The notes under the pieces: generated by a model
The model's database searches: none
What the model was told of the DNA's origin: nothing
Seen by the model: the letters and a program-made list of their open reading frames with translations, nothing else
Shown here: piece after piece, positions 32,622-41,869 of the stretch
Position numbering within the stretch: the first letter of the stretch is position 1
Layout: every line of letters begins with the position of its first letter
Program-made: the position numbers and the translations under genes
Source of the DNA: an archaeon
Lineage (GTDB): Archaea; Iainarchaeota; Iainarchaeia; Iainarchaeales; JAAZKV01
Length of the DNA stretch: 64,000 nucleotides
Reading direction: 5' to 3'
Assembly: GCA_041653195.1 (NCBI GenBank)
Contig: JBAZFU010000002.1
Span: 23,639-87,638, forward strand

Positions 32622-33041
32622 TCACTTGTTTTTTAAATCGTTTTTCTTTTCCTCTTCCGTTTTTTCCTTCACATCAACAAGCTCAACCTTTATTTTTTTC
32701 TCGCGCAATTCGTCCAAAATATCCTGAAAAAATTGATTCCGCTGCTTAACAAAAACAACCTTATCCACCTGCTTCAAAAGCGCGAGCGAAGTTATTTTCT
32801 GAATAGTTGCGCCCCATTCGGTGGCCTCTTCACACTTCTTTTTTTTCGCGCCAACAGCTTTCTTCACTCGCTCCATTAAAATGTGATAGTGCATTACTTC
32901 GCTCATGGCGGCACTCGTTTTTCTCATGAACTCTTTATCAATGACCGCGAGCAAAATAACATGGTCAATTCCCGAAGTTATGGCCGCAATATATTCTGGA
33001 CAATCTTCCTTTCCGGAGAGAAGTGGCGCAAGAACTTTCAT
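32622..33041 (-). CDS. Hypothetical protein (possibly USP/adenine-nucleotide alpha-hydrolase-like)
   Basis: Start preferred at MKVLAPLLSG (33041); the track ORF extends to 33077. The alternating strand/helix pattern and VILLAVID and KVVFVK strands give only a weak similarity call. Confidence 0.4.
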   Translation of the reverse strand: MKVLAPLLSGKEDCPEYIAAITSGIDHVILLAVIDKEFMRKTSAAMSEVMHYHILMERVKKAVGAKKKKCEEATEWGATIQKITSLALLKQVDKVVFVKQRNQFFQDILDELREKKIKVELVDVKEKTEEEKKNDLKNK

Positions 33042-33181
33042 AAACTTCACACAATAAACTAAACAATTACAAAACAATTATTGGTTTAAAGACTTTAAAA
33101 ACCCTTACAATTTTGGGAGAAGCCCCCCAAAAAGTGAATTCATCGCACACTAATGTGAACGGGCCATGTCACTTAAGCACA

Positions 33182-33246
33182 GAAGCCAACAGGCTTCATT
33201 CCTCCTGCTGAAGGAGGATTTTCGCCAGCCTTTTGCCAAAAGGCCG
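33182..33246 (-). repeat. Composite hairpin element copy C in a divergent intergenic region
   Basis: The minus strand reads TCGGCCTTTTGGCAAAAGGCTG-GCGAAAA-TCCTCC-ttcagca-GGAGGA-at-GAAGCC-tgtt-GGCTTC. The first stem closes with a G.U pair on the minus-strand RNA only (an A.C mismatch on the plus strand). Confidence 0.6.
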
Positions 33247-33321
33247 ATAAATTAAGCAAGTATTAAATACTCAAAAGACCAAATCAGTTTCAAAAGGCCG
33301 CGTAAAAAGAAAGGCGAAAAA

Positions 33322-33966
33322 ATGGATGCATTCATAGAATTCTTTCTCCAGACATTCATTTCGATATTCGTAATAGTGGATTCGGTCGGCGCAACCGCGC
33401 TTTACCTGCCGCTTATTTCCAAATTCAGCGACAAACAGAAAAAAAACATGATAATCACAAGCATAATAGTCGCGGCAGGAACACTGCTTGTAATGAGCTT
33501 TGCAGGAATTTACATACTAAACTATTTAGGAATACAAATGTACTCATTAAAAATTGCAGGGGGAATACTTCTCTTTGTAGTGGCAATGGAAATGCTCCTC
33601 GGGTTTGATACAAGAACAAAACACAGCAAAAACGAACACGAAAGCGCGATGCAGGCAAAAGAAATAGCAATAACGCCGCTCGCAATACCTTTCCTAACCG
33701 GCCCCGGCGCCATAACCGCAGGAATACTTCTTTTTAACAGAGCGACATCAATAAACGAAATAAGCGCATTCACACTCGGAATAATCGCAGTGTTCGCAAT
33801 AAGCTATTTTGTCCTAATAGAATCGCAGAGAGTCTACAAAAAACTCGGAATGACGGGCGTAAAAGTTGTTACAAGAATAATGGGACTGCTAATCGCTGCA
33901 CTCGCAGTCCAATTTATTTCAAACGGAATATCTGAATTGGCGGTCGCAATTATTTCAATGCTTTAA
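33322..33966 (+). CDS. MarC-family integral membrane protein (UPF0056)
   Basis: 214 aa with six predicted TM segments. The N-terminus FLQTFISIFVIVDSVGATALYLPL is typical of the MarC family. Confidence 0.75.
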   Translation: MDAFIEFFLQTFISIFVIVDSVGATALYLPLISKFSDKQKKNMIITSIIVAAGTLLVMSFAGIYILNYLGIQMYSLKIAGGILLFVVAMEMLLGFDTRTKHSKNEHESAMQAKEIAITPLAIPFLTGPGAITAGILLFNRATSINEISAFTLGIIAVFAISYFVLIESQRVYKKLGMTGVKVVTRIMGLLIAALAVQFISNGISELAVAIISML

Positions 33967-34016
33967 ATTTTTTTGAGTGCGAAGAATTAAATACAAAAAA
34001 AGCATTACTCTATTGA

Positions 34017-34574
34017 ATGATAAAAACGATTTCTTACGACCTCGGAGAAGTGCTTCGACTTTTCAAAGAAGGAAACACGCGAGAAATGAGAGGGCTAAGC
34101 AACAGACTGATAAAAGAAGCGTCAATGGAAAATAACCTTGCAAAAGCCGAGCTTGGAGTAATGGCCTATGCATTACACAAAATAGAAACAAAAGACCACA
34201 TAATAAACCACGAAAAATGGCCAAAATTAAAAAATGAAATAACCTTGCATTTGGAACAAGCAATGAACGCAATTGAAAACGGAAACAACAAACAATTCAT
34301 GCAAAAACTCAAAGAAGCGATTCAGCACATCGAAGAAGTCGACAGAGAAATGGGACGCTTTGTGCAAAGCATTTATGAAAAAGCAAAAGTAAAACAAGCA
34401 TCGCTCGCCTACAGCTACGGATTAAGCATTTCACAGTCGGCGGAACTGACTGGCGCGAACAAAAAAGAGCTTCAAAGTTACATAGGTTTTACAACAATGC
34501 ACGACGAAGAAACAGAAACAAAAACAATAGCTGAAAGAGTAAAAGAACTTCAAGAACTTTTAGAGGCGAGTTAA
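34017..34574 (+). CDS. Hypothetical helical protein with C-terminal HTH-like segment
   Basis: 185 aa. LAYSYGLSISQSAELTGANKKELQSYIG resembles a helix-turn-helix. The stop lies 2 nt before the next start. Confidence 0.5.
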   Translation: MIKTISYDLGEVLRLFKEGNTREMRGLSNRLIKEASMENNLAKAELGVMAYALHKIETKDHIINHEKWPKLKNEITLHLEQAMNAIENGNNKQFMQKLKEAIQHIEEVDREMGRFVQSIYEKAKVKQASLAYSYGLSISQSAELTGANKKELQSYIGFTTMHDEETETKTIAERVKELQELLEAS

Positions 34575-34576
34575 AA

Positions 34577-35245
34577 ATGAAAGCAGTAATCGATACAGGA
34601 ACAATGATAACGTTTTCAAGCACTTGCCTCATGAACGTTTTCAGAGAATTCATGCGCGCAAATAAAATAGAATTATTGATTTCAAAAAAAGTTGCGGACG
34701 AAAGCGTGTGGAAACCGCTTGAAAATAAGCGGTTTGAGCTTAACGCTGCGAGAATAAAAAAAACAATGAACGAAGGAACAGTAAAAGTTATTCCAATGAC
34801 GGACCAGCTCGAAAAAGAAACAAATGAAATAATCGGATTGGCGAACAGCATTTTCAACAGCGAAGGAGAAGCAATAACACTGCTTCAATACGGCGAATCG
34901 GAGGCTTTGGCAATAGCGAGAATCCGCGGAGCAAAAGCGGTTTTCGTGGATGAAAGAACCACAAGGTCGCTGATAGAAAACCCTTCAAGGCTGAAACAGG
35001 TGCTCGAAAGGAGACAAAACAGAAGAATCAACGTCAATTATACAAATCTCGAAGAATTCAGAAAAATGTTCGAAGGAATAAAAATTTTCAGGAGTGTGGA
35101 CATAATCGCACTGGCCTACAACCAGAATCTTTTCGACGGAGAATTAGAACACGGAAAATTAGAACTGGAAGCCGCGCTCTACGCCACAAAATACGCAGGA
35201 TGCGCCGTAAGCGAAAGGGAAATAGCAGAATACCTCAAAAAATAA
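34577..35245 (+). CDS. PIN-domain-like protein
   Basis: N-terminal AVIDTGTMI (first acidic residue), GESEALAIA and AVFVDERTTR fit the PIN acidic quartet pattern. Confidence 0.5.
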   Translation: MKAVIDTGTMITFSSTCLMNVFREFMRANKIELLISKKVADESVWKPLENKRFELNAARIKKTMNEGTVKVIPMTDQLEKETNEIIGLANSIFNSEGEAITLLQYGESEALAIARIRGAKAVFVDERTTRSLIENPSRLKQVLERRQNRRINVNYTNLEEFRKMFEGIKIFRSVDIIALAYNQNLFDGELEHGKLELEAALYATKYAGCAVSEREIAEYLKK

Positions 35246-35270
35246 AAAAAATAACCCAAAGTGAGCTTAT

Positions 35271-35705
35271 TTGAACATAAGAAAAGCTTCGCAGGAAGAC
35301 GTTCCAATAATAGATGAAATAGTAAAAAGAGAGTTTCCTTACACAAAAATTCCCCAGGAAAGAATCGCCCAAAAAATTTCTGAAAAAAATTTTCTAATAC
35401 TTGTTGCATGCCAGGCAAATATTTTCACAGGATTCGCTGAAACGGAACTGCTTGAAAACGAGGCGAGACTCAACGGGATTTTTGTGGAAGACGCGTGGAG
35501 GGACCAAAAAATAGCCACTAATATCATAAAAAAAACTTTTGAGGAACTAAAAAAACAAAAAATTTTCAGAATATTCCTGCTGGTCAAAGAAAGCAATGAC
35601 GGTGCGAAAAAACTTTACGAAAAAAACGGATTCAAGTTTGAAAAAATCCACGATAAAGAAATCGAAGGAGAAAAAATCGAAATTTGGTCGCAACAACTCA
35701 ATTGA
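35271..35705 (+). CDS. GNAT-family N-acetyltransferase
   Basis: GIFVEDAWRDQKIATNIIKKTFEELKK...AKKLYEKNGFK matches GNAT motif A/B. TTG start. Confidence 0.75.
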   Translation: MNIRKASQEDVPIIDEIVKREFPYTKIPQERIAQKISEKNFLILVACQANIFTGFAETELLENEARLNGIFVEDAWRDQKIATNIIKKTFEELKKQKIFRIFLLVKESNDGAKKLYEKNGFKFEKIHDKEIEGEKIEIWSQQLN

Positions 35706-35730
35706 AAAAATTTAACAAAAAATTCAACGC

Positions 35731-37176
35731 TTAATACTCTTTCGCGACGTAAACAACTTCTTTTGCAGGCTTGCCGCAAACTACGCACTTTCCGCTCGCC
35801 TTTTCTTTAACATCAATCCTTGTTCCCCTTATTCTCCCACCAGTCTCTTTCTCCACAATTTCCGCGCACTTCGCGCCATCTGAATCAACCGAACAAAACC
35901 CGCACCTTGCAATGCCTTTCCCAACAACTTTCTTCGCCTCTTCAAGATTTTTCACATCAACAACCGCTTTATCAAGCAGGGACTTCGCAATTTTTTTCAG
36001 ATTCTCGCTCAAAGCTTTTCCTTCCTTCTCAATTTCATTCAAAAGCCCTGCTTCTGACACAGATTTTTTTTCACCGGTATCGCGCCTATAAAGCATTACC
36101 TTCTTTTCGCTCAAATCGCGCGGACCGACCTCAATCCTTAACGGAACGCCTTTCATTTCCCAAAAATAAAACTTTTCTCCAGGACGCCTATTATCGGAAT
36201 CATCCAACTCGACCCTGTAACCCGCTTCGGAAATTTTTTCCGCAAGCTCCTTTGCTTTCTTCAAAACTTTCGGCTCTTTGTCCGCAAGCACCGGAATAAT
36301 CACAACTTGTTTCGGCGCGATTTCAAAAGGGAAACGCAAACCGTTATTATCGCCATGCGTTAAAACAACTGATGCAAAAATCCTCGAAACACACGGACCA
36401 TAACAAGTAAGGTAACAATATTTTTCTTTTTCGTCCTTGTCAACGAATTTCACATTAAAAGGCTTTGAAAAATTCTGGCCAAGCATGTGCGTACTCGGCA
36501 GTTGAACCGTTTTCCCGTCAGGAGTAATTGCATCCGCGCCGAAAGTATCTACTGCGCCGGCAAACTTGTCCCAGCTCGGGCGCTTGAAAACAATTGTTGG
36601 AATTCCAAAAACACCGAAAACAACGCGCTTAGTGGTTTCCATATCATCAAGAACATTTTTGAAAGCTTCCTCCGCAGTCGCAAAAGCGTTGTGCGTTTCA
36701 ATCCAATAAAATTCTCTGCTGCGCAAAAAAGGGCGCGTCGCCTTAGTTTCATAACGAAAAACATTTGCGCGCTGATAGGTTCTAAAAGGCAAATCTTTGT
36801 AGGAGCGAAGCCACAAAGAAAACATCGAATAAAAAGCGGTTTCGGAAGTCGGGCGAAGCGCAAGACGCTCTTCAAGTTTCGTTTCACCGCCCTTTTCAAC
36901 CCAAAAAACTTCGGGCGAAAATCCTTCAACATGCTCTTTTTCCAAATAAAAATTTTTTTCCGGAATTAGAGTAGGGTACCAATATTTTTTGTGACCGCGC
37001 TTCTGCAAATCTTCTTCCAAATATTTGTACATTAATTCCATCGAATCAACGGACCAAGGCTGATAAACCAGACACCCCTTTACGCCGTAACGCTGGTCGG
37101 CGAGCTCTGCCTCCTGAATAATCCAAGTAAACCACTCGCTCGAATTCTTTTCCTTATCGAATTTTTGCTGTGCCAT
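35731..37176 (-). CDS. proS: Prolyl-tRNA synthetase, archaeal/eukaryotic type
   Basis: 481 aa. N-terminal FSEWFTWIIQEAELADQRYGVKGCLVYQPW, class II motifs (FRYETKATRPFLRSREFYWIETH; GRIRGT near the C-terminus) and the C-terminal Zn-binding-type extension CVVCGKPA. Confidence 0.9.
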   Translation of the reverse strand: MAQQKFDKEKNSSEWFTWIIQEAELADQRYGVKGCLVYQPWSVDSMELMYKYLEEDLQKRGHKKYWYPTLIPEKNFYLEKEHVEGFSPEVFWVEKGGETKLEERLALRPTSETAFYSMFSLWLRSYKDLPFRTYQRANVFRYETKATRPFLRSREFYWIETHNAFATAEEAFKNVLDDMETTKRVVFGVFGIPTIVFKRPSWDKFAGAVDTFGADAITPDGKTVQLPSTHMLGQNFSKPFNVKFVDKDEKEKYCYLTCYGPCVSRIFASVVLTHGDNNGLRFPFEIAPKQVVIIPVLADKEPKVLKKAKELAEKISEAGYRVELDDSDNRRPGEKFYFWEMKGVPLRIEVGPRDLSEKKVMLYRRDTGEKKSVSEAGLLNEIEKEGKALSENLKKIAKSLLDKAVVDVKNLEEAKKVVGKGIARCGFCSVDSDGAKCAEIVEKETGGRIRGTRIDVKEKASGKCVVCGKPAKEVVYVAKEY

Positions 37177-37238
37177 CGAACCACTTTCTTTGAAATATGA
37201 GAGTTAAAGATTATTTAAAGGTTTTCAGTCGGGAAAAA

Positions 37239-37988
37239 TCATTTCGAAGGAACAAAAGTGCCCCGCGCCTTTCCGCTTGAAAAACCTTTAAAAGAACCGG
37301 GCCCGGAAACGAAAACATCGCACTTGGAAGAAACCGCCGTTTTGATTGAGGCGAGCTTCGAATTTATTCCGCCGCGGCCGTCCCGCGAGCTTCTCCCCAT
37401 ATCGCAAACCGAATTGAAATCATTCAATTCTGAAATGATTTCGCCGCTGCGCGCGACCAAACCGCTCTTCGAAGTAAGCATTACCAAAAGGTCTGCGCCG
37501 ATTTGCTTTGCGAGAAGCGCCGCAAGCGCATCATTATCACTAAACATTCCATCTTTTCGCAACTCCTCAATCGCAACAACGTCATTTTCATTCACGACAG
37601 GAACAACTTTATGCGAGAAAAGAAAATCGAGCGTGTTCTCCAAATTATTGAGACATGCTTTGTTGAGGAGGTCGTGTTGAGAAACAAGGATTTGCGCGGC
37701 TTCAATTCCTTCAAGTTCGAAACGCGTAACATACTCATCCATCAAAGCGACTTGGCCGATGGCGGCGAGCCCCTGCTGCTCCACAATACTCTTCGGCACC
37801 AAATTCAACTTTCTTTTTCCGAGACCGATTGCGCCGCTCGAAACAATCACTACTTTCTTTCCTTCTTTTATGAGCTTAACCACTTCTGAAATGAGCACGG
37901 AAAAAAAATCCTTTTTCAGCCCCGAATCACCCATTATTGTGTTCGTCCCGACTTTCACAATAATCAAAGAATACTTTTCAGGATTCAT
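37239..37988 (-). CDS. proB: Glutamate 5-kinase (no PUA domain)
   Basis: IVKVGTNTIM, VVIVSSGAIGLGKRKL, QQGLAAIGQVALMDEY, VPVVNENDVVA and FSDNDALAALLA are the diagnostic ProB blocks of the amino-acid-kinase family. Confidence 0.85.
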   Translation of the reverse strand: MNPEKYSLIIVKVGTNTIMGDSGLKKDFFSVLISEVVKLIKEGKKVVIVSSGAIGLGKRKLNLVPKSIVEQQGLAAIGQVALMDEYVTRFELEGIEAAQILVSQHDLLNKACLNNLENTLDFLFSHKVVPVVNENDVVAIEELRKDGMFSDNDALAALLAKQIGADLLVMLTSKSGLVARSGEIISELNDFNSVCDMGRSSRDGRGGINSKLASIKTAVSSKCDVFVSGPGSFKGFSSGKARGTFVPSK

Positions 37989-38069
37989 TTCAACACAATT
38001 AACTTGCGCAAGATTTTGTTTTTAAAAAGGAGGGTGGGGGAAATTTCCCCCGTCCAAAAAAATTCTTAT

Positions 38070-38879
38070 TTACTGAATCTCGAAAACAGCCGAAACGGAT
38101 GCGGTAACATCAACGTCTCCGGCAGTTATAGGAGTTTCAGCCATCGCACTATCCCCCGCAGCCTTCGAATACATTACATTCGTTACATTAGGCGCGTAGT
38201 AATAAGTGTTCTCGCTCGCCGAAACCAATTGCCCGACTTTAACGCCAAGACCATCAGCCATTGTGCTCGCTTTCAATTTTGCTTCTGCAGCAGCGTCCTT
38301 CAAAGCCAAAAGCTTTGTTTCAGCCTGCTTCGCAGTTGAAAGAGTGAAAACAATGCTACTAACACTGTTCGCTCCGCCCTGAACCGCAGCATCAACAACT
38401 TTTCCGGCCATTGAAGTGTCACTCAAAGTAATCATAATCGAGTTAACGGTTTTGTAACCCTTGAACTCTGATTTCCTTGAGAGGTCATTCCACTCGTAAT
38501 CCGCATAAACTGAATACGAAACGGTTTTGACATCTTTATCTGCAATACCCGCTCCTTTCAAAGCATCCCTAACTCTGGTTGAAAGAGCCGCATTATCCGA
38601 CTGGCTTTTCGAAGCCAGCGTCGCAAGCGTCTCGACACTCAAAGTAATGTCAACTTCATCAGGCGTCACTTTCTTAGTGACTGTTGAGGAAACTGAAAGT
38701 GTTCTTTGCTGTTCGCAATCCGAAGAGCTCGTTCCGCTGTCCGCCGCCGCAAGTTTTGCAGTTTCGGAAACGTAAGAATTCTTTGAATCAGGAACAGCTA
38801 CATTGAAAACCATTGCAATCAGCAAAACAGCAACAATTCCCACTGCTGCGGAAAGCAAATAATTTCTCGCATTCTCCAT
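38070..38879 (-). CDS. SIMPL/DUF541-domain protein with N-terminal membrane anchor
   Basis: N-terminal TM LLSAAVGIVAVLLIAMVF. VSYSVYADYEWN, KGYKTVNSIMITL, GGANSVSSIVFTLS and ALKDAAAEAKLKASTMADGLGVKVGQLV fit the SIMPL pattern. Confidence 0.65.
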   Translation of the reverse strand: MENARNYLLSAAVGIVAVLLIAMVFNVAVPDSKNSYVSETAKLAAADSGTSSSDCEQQRTLSVSSTVTKKVTPDEVDITLSVETLATLASKSQSDNAALSTRVRDALKGAGIADKDVKTVSYSVYADYEWNDLSRKSEFKGYKTVNSIMITLSDTSMAGKVVDAAVQGGANSVSSIVFTLSTAKQAETKLLALKDAAAEAKLKASTMADGLGVKVGQLVSASENTYYYAPNVTNVMYSKAAGDSAMAETPITAGDVDVTASVSAVFEIQ

Positions 38880-38998
38880 AAAATTAACCTCCGTTAAATT
38901 TTAACACGACTAAAATAGAAAAGAGTAATTTTATTTAAAAACAGTTGTTTTTAGTTAGGGAAAAACCAAAACGAGTTTTTGAATTAAAAAAATAAAAA

Positions 38999-39069
38999 TG
39001 AGGCTGGAGAGAATCGAACTCCCGTCAGAAGCTCCCAAAGCTCCGATCATACCACTAGACCACAGCCCC
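38999..39069 (-). tRNA. tRNA-Pro, anticodon UGG
   Basis: Hand-folded 71 nt: GGGGCTG-TG-GTCT-AGTGGTA-TGAT-C-GGAGC-TTTGGGA-GCTTC-TGAC-GGGAG-TTCGATT-CTCTC-CAGCCTC-A. The D stem has one U.U mismatch and the variable loop is 4 nt. It is followed by T-runs. Confidence 0.8.
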
Positions 39070-39172
39070 TAACCATTTTCAAAAAAGATTCGGGAAAATT
39101 GCCTCACTTCGTTCGGCAGAAAAACTGTAAGCGGATAGATTTAAAAGGGATTTCGCGGAGCAAAAAAAGGCT

Positions 39173-39616
39173 TCACTTTTTTTCTTCTTTTTTGCTCTTG
39201 CGCTTCTCGTGCATTCTTCTCTCCGCAATCGCGTAAGCGAAAAACAAAAACAAAACCATGAAAATCAGACCTATGACGCCGTCAAGCATCGAAAATATCA
39301 TTAAAAATATCATGACACTTATAACGACTTTAAGCCATTCATTGAAATCAACCTCTGTATAATGCTTGTAGGAAATAAAATAAGCCGCGAGAACAACAAA
39401 GCCCACAATAATGGAATTTTGTATGAAAAGCGGAAGGAAAAAAGCAATTATCAGCGGGGGTAAAAGAATTTGGAGCGAAAACTCATCCGCTTTTTTATCA
39501 GTACCCCTCATCGCAATGTAAGTGTAAATCCAGAAATACAGGAAAAGAAGTATTGCGCTAAAAAGCCCGCCTGAAAAAATATCATAAAAAGCGAAAAACT
39601 CCACGCCAGTTGCCAT
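39173..39616 (-). CDS. Integral membrane protein, hypothetical
   Basis: 147 aa with four hydrophobic segments and a Lys-rich C-terminal tail. Confidence 0.55.
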   Translation of the reverse strand: MATGVEFFAFYDIFSGGLFSAILLFLYFWIYTYIAMRGTDKKADEFSLQILLPPLIIAFFLPLFIQNSIIVGFVVLAAYFISYKHYTEVDFNEWLKVVISVMIFLMIFSMLDGVIGLIFMVLFLFFAYAIAERRMHEKRKSKKEEKK

Positions 39617-39666
39617 GCAATAAATAGCGCTGATTTGGTATAAAAAGGTTTTCTGGGCTTATATTA

Positions 39667-41610
39667 TTGAAAGAATTCCAGAAGGCGAAAACAATGATTT
39701 TTAGAGAAGCGGCTGAAGGATTCGGAAAAATAGAGGCGGCATCATCGCGCCTCGTAATGACCGATCACTTAGCCGAATTGCTAAAAAAAATTCCCTCAAA
39801 CGAGGTAAAAAAACTGGTTTACCTCATGCAGGGAAAAATAGCTCCGAATTTTGAGGGAAAAGAAATAGGATTCGGAGAAAAACTGGTGATAGAAGCAATT
39901 GTAAAAGCGACGGGCTTTACGAGAAAAGAAGTTGACGACTTGTTCAACAAAACGGGCGACATGGGCACAGTTGCGGAAAAACTCGTTGAAAAAAAACAGC
40001 AATCCGCGCTGTTCAAGCAAGAACTCACAATAGAAAAAGTTTTTTCAAACCTGAAAAAAATGTCGGAAACCGAGGGCACGGGAAGCCAAGAACTCAAAAA
40101 AAAGCTACTTGCCGAATTATTCAATTCATCAATTCCGATTGAAGCGAGGTACATTGCAAGAATCCCGCTGGGAAACATCAGGCTTGGAATGGGCGACCCC
40201 ACGGTAATGGACGCTTTCGCAATAATGTTCGCGGAACAAGAACTAAAAAAGAAAAAATTCATGAAAGAAGTCGAAGAAAAAATAGCGGAAAAGCGAGATA
40301 AAAAAAGCGATGAAAACAAAAGCAAAAAAGGAAACGGCAAAAAAAATGAAATAAAAAATGAAGAACTAAAACAAAGGGCAAAAATGATTTTACGGGAAAA
40401 AATCGAAGCGGCTTACAATGTTTACTCTGATTTGGGAGAAATTGCGGAAATACTAAAAAAAGAAGGGATTGAAGGAATAGAAAAAGTAAAAATAAGGCCG
40501 GGAACGCCGATAAGGCCGACAGCCGCGGAAAGGCTTCCGAGCGGAAAAGAAATAATCGAAAAATTGGGAAAGTGCGCGGTTGAAGCAAAATACGACGGCT
40601 TCAGACTGCAAGTTTCGAAAAACGGAAACGAAATAAAAATATTTTCAAGGCAAAGCGAAGATGTTACGGAAATGTTCCCTGAAATAATTGAGGCGGCGCG
40701 AAAACAATTGAAGCCGAAAACCTGTTTTGTTGAAGGAGAAGCGCTCGCATTCAACGAATTAACACAAGAGTATTATCCTTTTCAAGTAACTATCCAAAGA
40801 AAAAGAAAATATGAGGTCGAGAAAAAGGCGAAGGAATATCCGCTGAATTTGTTTCTTTTTGATATAATGTTTTCTGACGGAAAAAATTTGATGAACGAGC
40901 CTTTCATCGAAAGAAGAAAAGCGCTTGAGAGAATTCTGGAAAAAGGAAATGTGATTAGGCTGAGTGAAATGAAAATTGTTGACAAGGCGAAGGATTTGGA
41001 AGACTTTTTCGAAGAAAAAATTTCGCAGGGCCTTGAAGGAGTAATGGCAAAAGATTTGAGCGCGCCTTACATTGCGGGAGCGAGAAAATTCGCGTGGATA
41101 AAACTGAAGAGATCTTACAAAGGTTTGCTGCAGGATACTGTTGATTTGGTAATAATCGGTTACGATGCCGGAAAGGGAAAAAGAACAAAGTTCGGTTTGG
41201 GCGCACTGCTCGTCGCCGCGTACAACAAAGAGAAGGATTTATTTGAAAGTGCCGCAAAAATCGGAACGGGGATGAGCGAAGACATGTTGCAACAACTCGA
41301 AGAAATGCTTTCAAAAATTTCTTCCAAAAAAAAGCCCACGCGCGTCATCTCCGAAGTCGAACCCGATTCATGGGTTGAACCCAAACATGTTATTGAGGTG
41401 CGGGCGGACGAAATAACGAAGAGCCCGATGCACAGCTGCTGCAAAAAAGAAGGAAAAGGATTCGCACTCAGGTTCCCGAGAATGATTTCAATTAGAGTAG
41501 ATAAAAAAGCGGAAGACGCGACAACAAATAAAGAAATCGAACAAATGTTTGCGAACCAGAAAAGAGTTGCGCTGGAAAACCCCTATTCGAAGGAAAGCGG
41601 CGGGCAATAA
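39667..41610 (+). CDS. lig: ATP-dependent DNA ligase
   Basis: Adenylation motif VEAKYDGFRLQV (KxDG), EGVMAK, and the WIKLK and LVIIGY blocks. There is a Lys/Glu-rich insertion around aa 195-240. TTG at 39667; the likelier ATG at 39694 gives MIFREAAEGF. Confidence 0.9.
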   Translation: MKEFQKAKTMIFREAAEGFGKIEAASSRLVMTDHLAELLKKIPSNEVKKLVYLMQGKIAPNFEGKEIGFGEKLVIEAIVKATGFTRKEVDDLFNKTGDMGTVAEKLVEKKQQSALFKQELTIEKVFSNLKKMSETEGTGSQELKKKLLAELFNSSIPIEARYIARIPLGNIRLGMGDPTVMDAFAIMFAEQELKKKKFMKEVEEKIAEKRDKKSDENKSKKGNGKKNEIKNEELKQRAKMILREKIEAAYNVYSDLGEIAEILKKEGIEGIEKVKIRPGTPIRPTAAERLPSGKEIIEKLGKCAVEAKYDGFRLQVSKNGNEIKIFSRQSEDVTEMFPEIIEAARKQLKPKTCFVEGEALAFNELTQEYYPFQVTIQRKRKYEVEKKAKEYPLNLFLFDIMFSDGKNLMNEPFIERRKALERILEKGNVIRLSEMKIVDKAKDLEDFFEEKISQGLEGVMAKDLSAPYIAGARKFAWIKLKRSYKGLLQDTVDLVIIGYDAGKGKRTKFGLGALLVAAYNKEKDLFESAAKIGTGMSEDMLQQLEEMLSKISSKKKPTRVISEVEPDSWVEPKHVIEVRADEITKSPMHSCCKKEGKGFALRFPRMISIRVDKKAEDATTNKEIEQMFANQKRVALENPYSKESGGQ

Positions 41611-41641
41611 AATTTAAGTACTACTTTACTGTTGTTTTGTC

Positions 41642-41863
41642 ATGGGCGCTTATAGATGGATTCTCATAATCGCTACCAGTGCGATTGCTATATGGTTAAC
41701 ATTCCTCTTCTACGTCTGGTCGAACGAATTCAAAGAAAGATTCTTTTACAGCAACGATTGGGTTAGCCTTGCAGTAATCTTCATATTCATATTCGCAATC
41801 GGCGGAATATTCAGGTGGTTCGTGACCGAAGAAATCAGAATCACAAAACCAAAAAAAAAGTGA
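41642..41863 (+). CDS. Small two-TM membrane protein, hypothetical
   Basis: 73 aa with two hydrophobic helices. It is tightly followed by the next gene. Confidence 0.45.
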   Translation: MGAYRWILIIATSAIAIWLTFLFYVWSNEFKERFFYSNDWVSLAVIFIFIFAIGGIFRWFVTEEIRITKPKKK

Positions 41864-41869
41864 TATTGG

